Shown piece by piece: positions 1 through 7,099 of a stretch of DNA of 7,824 nucleotides. This DNA is from Octopus sinensis. Lineage: Eukaryota. The position numbers and the translations under genes are program-made. The notes beneath the pieces are model-generated. The model searched no databases. It was not told the origin of the DNA and worked only from the letters and a program-made list of their open reading frames with translations. Location of the stretch: positions 1 to 7,824 of the forward strand of contig NW_021828664.1 of the NCBI RefSeq assembly GCF_006345805.1. The letters are read 5' to 3'. The first letter of the stretch is position 1; each line of letters opens with the position of its first letter.

Positions 1-71
1 CAACCACCATGCTCCTTTAGACACCACCTTTTCAATTCCTCCACCTCCTGGATTGCTCCCCCTGCCTCCTC

Positions 72-160
72 CCTCGGCAAATATCGCTTTCTATAGCCTC
101 GCGTCAAGTCGAAGATTGCGAAAGAAACTGGGTGGAATTGAAACCCTGTGCAAGTCCGTC
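72..160 (+). mobile_element. Highly diverged fragment of tRNA/CORE-type SINE family A
   Basis: ccctcggcaaatatcgctttctatagcctcgcgtc...gtccgtcg aligns loosely with the reverse complement of the copies at 1271-1398 and 5042-5206 (accttgggcaagtgtcttctactatagcctcgggcc...cccgtc). Confidence 0.45.
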
Positions 161-271
161 GGGTGGAATGTACACGTAAGCTATACTGCATTAAAAATAC
201 ATTAGTGGTACAATTTTCCGTGGAATACTCGGCCACTTTCACATTTATTCAGGAGCAACTAAATTGGGTGA

Positions 272-309
272 TCGAACAACTGAATACCCATCGTTAAAAC
301 CGACGAAGA
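272..309. repeat. Old dispersed repeat, copy 1 (unclassified)
   Basis: tcgaacaactgaatacccatcgttaaaaccgacgaaga matches 2340-2377 at 29/38 ungapped positions. Confidence 0.55.
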
Positions 310-419
310 TCCTTCTATCCATATTATTATTTACATTGTAACTCTTATGTAAAAAAAAGAACAAAAAAAAAAACGGAGATTGCAATTGCAGTTTTTATTT
401 TATTTTTTAATTTAATTAC

Positions 420-510
420 CTCCCTTCTTATTCTTGAAGAAGAGCACGTGCTCGAAATATTAGGCGGTCTTTCTCCTTCAGAAGGCAAAACTAAACACAC
501 CAACCTGATA
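420..510 (+). mobile_element. Diverged Penelope-like terminal fragment with hammerhead-like motif
   Basis: TTGAAGA-A-GAGC-acgt-GCTC-GAAA-TATT at 434-461, followed by ctttctccttc...aaactaaacacac, which resembles the downstream sequence of the minus-strand copy at 3118-3295. Confidence 0.5.
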
Positions 511-520
511 TTTTATTTGT

Positions 521-555
<35 letters not shown>

Positions 556-565
556 TTCATTTATT
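511..565. repeat. (TTTA)n microsatellite
   Basis: Directly visible tetranucleotide run. Confidence 0.95.
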
Positions 566-628
566 ACAATTTTCTCATATTCGACGTTGCTATGCGTTTG
601 TTTGTCTTCAAGTTCGTATGAATTAATT

Positions 629-756
629 TACGTGTGTGTGTGTGTGTGTGTATGTGTGTGTGTGTGTGAGCGTGTGTATGCGTACGAACGTGTGTCGATG
701 TATGCATACATATATTGCATGTAACACGCATATACATATACATACATACATACATA

Positions 757-799
<43 letters not shown>

Positions 800-856
800 A
801 TATATATATATATATATATACGCGTGCATGTATGTATATATACACGCGTGTGTGTA
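629..856. repeat. Compound (TG)n/(TA)n/(TACA)n microsatellite
   Basis: Almost continuous purine-pyrimidine alternation. Confidence 0.95.
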
Positions 857-1163
857 TTTGGTTTTAAGTGAACATTTTCAATTACTAAACAATCCCGAAG
901 TACGTGAAACAAAAGACACTTTTAGAACGATTGCGTTGCAGACACTGAAAAGCAGATCAATTGAAAATTATGTGCGATCATAAAAGCAATTAACATCGAA
1001 TTTAATTACACTCGACTTTTCTCTCTAACGACAAAATGGAATTTAAATGAATTTAAAAATCGATAAATCGATCAATGCAAATAATATTTGATTAAATTGC
1101 AATTTGAAATAAACTATTGTCAACGGAATATATTTTCAGAGATTGTTACGTTACGTTACGTTT

Positions 1164-1165
<2 letters not shown>

Positions 1166-1208
<43 letters not shown>

Positions 1209-1273
1209 TACTACTACTACTACCACTACTGCTGCTGCTGCTGCTACTATTACTGCTACTATTACTACTACTA
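1166..1273. repeat. (ACT)n/(GCT)n trinucleotide microsatellite
   Basis: Directly visible; preceded by (GTTAC)3 at 1145-1159. Confidence 0.95.
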
Positions 1274-1398
1274 TCAAATCGACTCACAAGGCTTTGGTCG
1301 GCCCGAGGCTATAGTAGAAGACAATTGCCCAAGGTGCCACGCAGTGGGACTGAACCCAGAACCATGTGGTTGGGGAATGTGGAAGTAAAGTTACTATC
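1271..1398 (-). mobile_element. tRNA-derived CORE-type SINE family A (octopus OR/OK-like), partial
   Basis: Minus strand shows B-box-like GGGTTCAGTCCC followed by CORE-like ACCTTGGGCAA; clear similarity to 1506-1567 and 5042-5206. Confidence 0.85.
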
Positions 1399-1440
1399 TA
1401 GAGTGTAGGCTTTGGACGTTTCCAGAATGGAGAATAGTGC

Positions 1441-1448
1441 TATATATA

Positions 1449-1497
<49 letters not shown>

Positions 1498-1498
1498 C
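1441..1498. repeat. (TA)n microsatellite
   Basis: Directly visible. Confidence 0.95.
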
Positions 1499-1505
1499 AT
1501 CTATA

Positions 1506-1567
1506 TGCCCAAGGTGCTATGCAGTGGGACTGAACCCGGAACTACATGGATGGGAAGCAAGCTGCTT
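1506..1567 (-). mobile_element. SINE family A fragment (tRNA head/B-box)
   Basis: tgcccaaggtgctatgcagtgggactgaacccggaac...gggaagcaagc closely repeats 1326-1376 and 5124-5180. Confidence 0.85.
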
Positions 1568-1574
1568 GTCAAAA

Positions 1575-1700
1575 TTAGTAGAATTGTCAGAACATTCGTT
1601 AGTATGGCTTGCGGCATGAGTTCAAATTCCACCGAAAGCAACATCGATTTTCTTTTCTGTCGTGGTCAATAAATAACGTACCGGTTCTGTTCGATTTTTC
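1575..1700 (+). mobile_element. Diverged SINE family B copy
   Basis: B-box-like GAGTTCAAATTCC at 1618-1630; aaattccaccga...aataaataacgtacc parallels aaattccgccga...aaaataaatacc of 7100-7313. Confidence 0.5.
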
Positions 1701-1824
1701 CCTTCACTCTAGTTTATAAACAGCAATACAAAGGTCCCGACCTATCACGTGGTGTTACACCGATTCGCGGCACGATGTGACTACTATGATGTGTATCAGA
1801 ATGTGACACGCACTTACGACTCAT

Positions 1825-1975
1825 GGATGCATCATGGCCAAAAGAATAAGCTATTTGCTTCACAATCACGACGTTTCGCGATCGGTGCTACAGCTTGGAA
1901 CATTGGACAAATATACGTTATTATTTCTTCGGTTCGATCCAAGCCTTGTAAGTAAATATGGATCGATGATAACTA
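1825..1975 (+). mobile_element. Old SINE family A copy, forward orientation
   Basis: Colinear blocks ttgcttcacaatcac, acagcttggaacattggacaa and ttcggttcgatccaagccttgtaagtaaatatgg match the reverse complement of the younger minus-strand copies. Confidence 0.65.
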
Positions 1976-2339
1976 TACAGTAACTGGCGGAATCGACTGT
2001 ATCGCTAAGTTACATATACACCATTGTTTCGTAACATATCACGCTGATTTTTGTCAGCAGATTACAAAATTACCTTACGTACCTTCAGAATATTCAGTGA
2101 CATACACGCTAATTCAATGAATATACACTAATATCTCGCCATATCGTAGTTCACCTATCACACACTCGGCACATCGCAGATTTTTCTGGTTAATATATGT
2201 AAACTTACATCGCGGACTCCTCAGTATACCGCGGGGTTCTTCGACCGATAGGTACTTATAATTTTTAGATTTTAATTATATCTGTGGGAGGTTTTGGAAC
2301 GTAACACCTGTGATAGTCGAGGGATTACTGCATCATCAG

Positions 2340-2377
2340 TCGAACAACTCAATGCTCATCGTCGAAAGTGACGGAGC
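2340..2377. repeat. Old dispersed repeat, copy 2 (unclassified)
   Basis: 29/38 identity to 272-309; a third weaker remnant at about 2455-2490 (ctcaccgtgacaaccgacggaga). Confidence 0.55.
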
Positions 2378-2684
2378 TTTTCTTATTCATTTTATTGTAT
2401 CGCTATTATTTTATGGGCTTTACTTAAATTTCACAAATAGCTCAGAGTTTGGGACCAATGAATTCTCACCGTGACAACCGACGGAGAACCCACATTTTTT
2501 TTAACTGTGTAGGATGATCTTAAGAAAGTGTTGTCTGTATGTCTCCGTGCGGCCATATTTCTTTTGATTATCCCTGTTTGATTAATTAAATTAGAGGAGC
2601 GATTGATATAAAATTATCGATCTGACACTCGAGGCAATACTCATAACGCCATTTGCAGAACTCCTTGTCACACGATAAGCCTCT

Positions 2685-3000
2685 CAGCATACATCATCAG
2701 CCTCTGCGCCACCACGACCATTATCACAGACATCAACATCACCACCATCAACATCAGCATCATCGACAACATCACTACCAGCAGTTTCGCAAACACCACC
2801 ACCACCACCACCTCGACAGCCACCTCTGTCACCATCATCATCACCATCACTATCGCATATGCTAACACGTTGATTAACACCCGCTGCGCCGCCGCTGCCG
2901 CCATCCCAAGCACTATCCCCCAAACACGATCATCTTCACTTCTTTCATCACAATTGCCACTGCCAAAGCTACCACCGACACCATCAGCTCCACCGCCAGA
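2685..3000. repeat. Degenerate (CAC/CAT/CAA/GCC)n triplet low-complexity tract
   Basis: Period-3 imperfect repeat giving His-, Thr/Ile- or Pro/Ser-rich translations depending on frame. Confidence 0.85.
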
Positions 3001-3007
3001 TTCGAAC

Positions 3008-3117
3008 ATGCACGCACACATGCATGCACATACACACATGCATGCACATACACACACACACACACACTCACAAAGACACACACATACATACAGACACAAG
3101 CACACACATATATATAG
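3008..3117. repeat. (CA)n-rich compound microsatellite ending in (TA)n
   Basis: Directly visible. Confidence 0.95.
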
Positions 3118-3295
3118 TTGAAATTTACAGAAAAACAAAAGACGAAGACAGGTCTATAAATAACAAGCAAGTGTGTTAGTTTGAATCTCGGGAAGGTGAG
3201 AAAGTCCTTTACATTTTGAGCCTACGCTCTTCAGCAGAAAGAATCGACGAAATAAAAGAGAGAGAAAAAACACTTTTGGCTATAGCGGTCAATTA
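3118..3295 (-). mobile_element. Penelope-like terminal fragment (second subfamily) with decayed hammerhead-like motif
   Basis: Minus strand 3242-3205: tcttt-CTGCTGA-A-GAGC-gtag-GCTC-AAAA-TG-TA-aagga. It has a pyrimidine-rich leader and a T-rich tail running into (TA)n, the same layout as 5568-5742. Confidence 0.6.
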
Positions 3296-3338
3296 TATAG
3301 ATATATGTGTGTGTGTGTGTGTGCCTGTTGGTGTGGGA

Positions 3339-3552
3339 GTCTTTGTGACTGTGTTTGTCCACCACCACAGCTTGCCGACCGGTGTTGGTGTGTTTACGCC
3401 CCCGTAACTTAAGGGTTCGGCAAAGAGACCGAGAGAATACGTACTCAGCTTAAAACATACGTCCTGGGTTTGATTAAAACCCTTCAAGTTGCTCCAGCCT
3501 GACCGCAGTCACTTGACCGAAACTAGTGAAAGAATAAAAGAATACAAGAATA
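3339..3552 (+). mobile_element. 3' half of a SINE (probably family A) with short repeat tail
   Basis: Follows a (TG)n tract; body gtgtttgtcc...gtgtttacg.ccccgtaactta..ggttcggcaaa recognised from memory as octopus SINE 3' region; ends in aaagaat/aaaagaat/acaagaat tail. Confidence 0.7.
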
Positions 3553-3801
3553 TACATACATACGTACATACACACACACACACACATACATATGTAACAG
3601 TATAATTATAAACGGCAAATTTTAGCCAGTTGTCTGCAGATATGTATGTATATTGTGCGTATATCTATATCTATATATATATATGTGTGTTATATATATA
3701 TATTATATGTATATATACACATAGATATAATATATATTCATATACACTATATATACATATATATATTATACACATATACACATATATATTTCATATGTAT
3801 A

Positions 3802-3842
<41 letters not shown>

Positions 3843-3878
3843 CACACACACACCCACACACACACACAACACACACAC

Positions 3879-3914
<36 letters not shown>

Positions 3915-4012
3915 ATGTATGTAGTATATATATATGTATGTATGTATGTATATGTATATGTCTGTCTGTCTGTACGTATATACATATATATATAAATATA
4001 TATATTTAAATA
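3552..4012. repeat. Long compound (TA)n/(CA)n/(TATG)n microsatellite field
   Basis: Directly visible, with a short unique interruption at about 3595-3640. Confidence 0.95.
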
Positions 4013-4231
4013 TATGGAATAAATTTCTGAATAGAAGTATGAACGAAAGCACCGTTTCTTGCCTCGTTAAAACCATTTATCTGCTGCTAAATGAAAAGGA
4101 AGTGCTCTGTAGAAGTCTTTGGAATATTTTCCACCGAATTCTTTATTTTCTGTTGCAGATACTTAGGAATATCCGGGTTCCGTTCTCTATAGGAATCGTC
4201 CTTTCTTTCCCTTGCCTTTTCTCTATTGACC

Positions 4232-4309
4232 ATGGCATTTACCGATAATAATGCTATGATCGTAGTATGGTTATTATCTATCGTGGTTGTGATTACAAGA
4301 ATTGGTTAA
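4232..4309 (+). CDS. Candidate first coding exon or small ORF: MAFTDNNAMIVVWLLSIVVVITRIG (signal-peptide/TM-like)
   Basis: Strong acceptor ttctttattttctgttgcAG ending 4158 with no AG in 4116-4156; Kozak context GACCATGG at ATG 4232; hydrophobic core; possible phase-1 donor G/GTTAAT at 4304/4305 or stop TAA 4307-4309. Confidence 0.3.
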   Translation: MAFTDNNAMIVVWLLSIVVVITRIG

Positions 4310-4469
4310 TGGAATTTGATGTGAAACTCGGAGTAAATGTTTATGGAGGATTTCTTACTTGCTTAAAGTGCTATATTACGCTATTTGGTTATCGAGTACT
4401 ATATTCGCCACTTTCTTTTACACGTACATGCACACATGTGTGCTAACGATTGTTAACACCCCTTGTCCA

Positions 4470-4550
4470 CACACATACATATGCACACACACACTATATA
4501 TATATATATATAGATAGATACACACACACACACAACACACACATATATAT
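4470..4550. repeat. (CA)n/(TA)n microsatellite
   Basis: Directly visible. Confidence 0.9.
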
Positions 4551-4855
4551 AAAGTAACTCCAAACAAGAAAGCACAAAAAAAACACAACAACGCGAGGAC
4601 GTGAAACAAATATAGTATTATTGGACGCTCAGGAAAGAAGGAAAGAAGAGGGGTTTAACGTTTCGAGCGGAGTTCTTCGTCGGAAACGTAGGAGAAGGAA
4701 AGATCCAGAGAAGGGAAGACACAGGAAAAAAAAATCGCCAACGGTACACACGAGGTCACATTTCTGTAAAAGCAACTATTTAAGGGCTTTTAATGTTTTC
4801 ATACTTGCTGTCCTTTCAAATTCTTCTTATTCCCTCCCAACACACACGCACATAT
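4551..4855 (-). mobile_element. ~300-bp Penelope-like terminal element (longest copy in window)
   Basis: 4551-4734 is the inverted copy of 5568-5742 and 4763-4855 the inverted copy of 6398-6486; contains hammerhead-like motif at 4653-4687; both ends embedded in microsatellite. Confidence 0.7.
4653..4687 (-). ncRNA. Minimal type I hammerhead-like motif (stem II mismatch)
   Basis: GUUU-CCGACGA-A-GAAC-ucc-GCUC-GAAA-CG-UU-AAAC; one substitution (4673) breaks a stem II pair relative to 5614-5648. Confidence 0.45.
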
Positions 4856-4974
4856 ATGTGTATATATATCTATACATACATACATACATACATACATGCA
4901 TATATACATGTATATATATATATTATATAGATATATATATATACATGCATATATATAGTATATATATATATCCA

Positions 4975-5022
<48 letters not shown>

Positions 5023-5043
5023 TATATGTATATATATATATAT
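4856..5043. repeat. (TA)n/(TACA)n microsatellite
   Basis: Directly visible. Confidence 0.95.
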
Positions 5044-5206
5044 GACGGGTTCCTTTCAATTCCTCTTTGCCAATCCACTCACATGGATTTGGTCAACAAC
5101 CCGAGGTTTTAGTATAAGACACTTGCCCAAGGTGCCACGCGGTGGGACTGAATTCGGAGGCATGTGGTTGGGAAGCAAGCTTCTTACCACATGGCCACGC
5201 CTGCGC
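5042..5206 (-). mobile_element. SINE family A, intact 5' half (tRNA head plus CORE-like region)
   Basis: Minus strand begins gcgcaggcgTGGCCATGTGGtaag (A-box-like), then GAATTCAGTCCC (degenerate B-box) and ACCTTGGGCAAGT; runs into the TA tract. Confidence 0.85.
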
Positions 5207-5207
5207 G

Positions 5208-5240
<33 letters not shown>

Positions 5241-5404
5241 TTATGAAATGAAAATAAGCAACAGGATATCAAGTAGTGATGCAGTACGACCGTTTCAAGC
5301 GGCTCCATTGAACTGAAAAATGCAATTATTATATCAGCTCATATGCAATACTATCTTCAGCTGCACAAATAAATACATTGAATTTTAACCAGTGGGACAC
5401 ATTG

Positions 5405-5478
5405 ATATATATATATATATATAATACACAACATACCTACATACATACATATATACATACATGCATATATACATGTAT

Positions 5479-5526
<48 letters not shown>

Positions 5527-5558
5527 CATATATACATATATATATATATACACACATA
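5405..5558. repeat. (TA)n/(TACA)n microsatellite
   Basis: Directly visible. Confidence 0.95.
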
Positions 5559-5567
5559 TTTTTCCTC

Positions 5568-5742
5568 TTTTTTTTCCCCTGTCTTCCCTTCTCTGGATCT
5601 TTCCTTCTCCTTTGTTTCCGACGAAGAGCTCCGCTCGAAACGTTAAACCCTCCTTTTTTCCTTAGCGTCCAATAATACTATATTTGTTCCACGTCCTCGC
5701 GTTGTTGTGTTTTTTTTGTGTTTTCTTGTTTAGATTAACTTT
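5568..5742 (+). mobile_element. Penelope-like terminal fragment, inverted copy of 4551-4734
   Basis: Long near-identical reverse-complement match with a few substitutions and a short indel; 3' end aacttt abuts (TA)n exactly as in the other copy. Confidence 0.75.
5614..5648 (+). ncRNA. Minimal type I hammerhead-like ribozyme motif (best preserved copy)
   Basis: Stem I GUUU(5614-17)/AAAC(5645-48); core CCGACGA 5618-24 (U4C variant of CUGANGA); extra A 5625; stem II GAGC/GCUC; GAAA 5637-40; palindromic AACGUU in place of helix III. Confidence 0.55.
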
Positions 5743-5836
5743 ATATATATATATATATACACACAGAGAAACACACATATATATATAGTTATGCAAATAT
5801 GTGCTGAGTTTTTGTCTTTCTCTGTAGGTGTACATA

Positions 5837-6070
5837 CGGTGTTGGCCAAAAGTCTGTCGACAGTAAATCAAAATTCCATAAGTACTATCTGTAATTCTGT
5901 ATTGACTCGAATGGAGAAATGGCGTCGCTCAAGAAGAACTTCAGTTCAAACAATTTTCCTGACGTTTCGTATTTAGATGCTTTTGTTAAATTCATTCAGT
6001 TGTTGAACACAAATAAATCTTGGAAGTAAATGGTTTTGATTTACCGTCAGCTGACTTTTCGCCAACGCTG
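5837..6070. mobile_element. Tc1/mariner-type MITE (234 bp)
   Basis: 37-bp terminal inverted repeats (5837-5873 / 6034-6070, 30/37 match), consensus CAGTGTTGGCCAAAAG similar to Tc1 ends; TA on both sides (5835-36, 6071-72); no transposase ORF. Confidence 0.85.
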
Positions 6071-6223
6071 TATACAGCTAAACTTTTGTTAGAGTTTTCA
6101 ATATTTGATATTTATTGCAGAAATACAAATTGATATTCATGAATGTATGAACAAATAAACATGCATACAATCCTAAAACACAAATGTACACAAGCATACA
6201 TTCACGCATACATGCATGAATGA

Positions 6224-6285
6224 TACATATATATATATATGTATGTATATGTGTGTATATATATATATGTATATATATATATGTA

Positions 6286-6332
<47 letters not shown>

Positions 6333-6360
6333 TTATCTATATATATATATGATATTATTT

Positions 6361-6391
<31 letters not shown>

Positions 6392-6398
6392 AGAGAGA
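6224..6398. repeat. (TA)n/(TATG)n then (GA)n microsatellite
   Basis: Directly visible. Confidence 0.95.
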
Positions 6399-6486
6399 TA
6401 TGTGCGTGTGTGGGGAGGGAAAAGAAGAATTGAAAGAACAGCAAGTATGAAAACATTAAAAGCCCTTAAATAGCTGCTTTTACAGA
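6398..6486 (+). mobile_element. Inverted copy of 4763-4855 (upstream part of the Penelope-like element)
   Basis: atatgtgcgtgtgtg..gggaggga...cagcaagtatgaaaacattaaaagcccttaaatag.tgcttttacaga shared with only two substitutions and three small indels. Confidence 0.75.
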
Positions 6487-6517
6487 GATATTTGTTGGTT
6501 TCACTGAAATTAGGTCA

Positions 6518-6527
6518 TATATATATA

Positions 6528-6576
<49 letters not shown>

Positions 6577-6635
6577 ATGTGTGTGTGTGAGTGGCGTAAC
6601 ATATATTTATGTATGTATACATGCACATACATATG
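6518..6635. repeat. (TA)n/(TG)n microsatellite
   Basis: Directly visible. Confidence 0.9.
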
Positions 6636-6904
6636 TTTAAATTTCCTAAAAATAGCCTCTAACATTAATTTGGTAAATGTGGAGCGGAAGCTGACATCAT
6701 TTGCCTATCGTTACTAATGGCCGATAAAATACAAAACGGCGGCAATGACGCTGCATTATAACGTCGTAACAACAGCTACAGCCTGATCCATTAGGGAGGA
6801 ATGAGGTTTCGTTTGTTCTTTATTTCCTGACGTTATGTTTGCACCATTACAAACAGACGAATATTTCCACTTAGTTTCCCCAGAACCCAACGACCTGTGT
6901 AGTT

Positions 6905-7093
6905 TTTACGAAGCTGCTCCTTAAATATCTCTCTCAAAACACACATGTTGCTGCTATAGTTAAAGAACACAGATTGTGTAGCCGTCCATGACCTTAAAAA
7001 GGTGAAGTGGTCATTGTTGGAAAACCTCGGAATGTATATCTCCTCGATAGTGTTTCATCTGAAACCAGGCGACAACAACATCAATAACAATAT
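6905..7093 (+). mobile_element. Possible old retroelement 3' end with (AAC)n tail
   Basis: Ends in gacaacaacatcaataacaa, like an RTE-type LINE/SINE tail; resemblance to an octopus repeat is from memory only. Confidence 0.3.
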
Positions 7094-7099
7094 CAATGA

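Noticed and set aside
300-315. ccgacgaaga as a fifth hammerhead core
   Set aside because: No following GAGC/GCTC stem or GAAA; part of the other unclassified repeat.
629-856. Palindromes and Z-DNA or cruciform potential in RY tracts
   Set aside because: Trivial consequence of alternating purine-pyrimidine microsatellites found throughout the window.
564-912. YI/HT/CV-rich ORFs here and at 1309-1672, 3630-4076, 4418-5112, 5357-5665, 6220-6450
   Set aside because: Translations of dinucleotide microsatellites and repeat fragments; no domain content.
1088-1408. Poly-Thr/Leu/Tyr ORFs resembling membrane proteins
   Set aside because: Triplet microsatellite fused to SINE sequence.
1749-1955. 68-aa ORF in apparently unique sequence
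   Set aside because: GTG start, and its 3' part is an old SINE copy.
2653-2865. His-rich metal-binding protein
   Set aside because: TTG start, degenerate (CAY)n repeat, several frames on both strands open; no independent coding evidence.
5125-5206. Functional tRNA gene
   Set aside because: tRNA-like head continues into CORE-like SINE body, B-box is degenerate and several truncated copies exist.
5245-5330. Possible exons on either strand (acceptor-like sites near 5264 + and 5313 -)
   Set aside because: No convincing donor; frames stop early or run into microsatellite.
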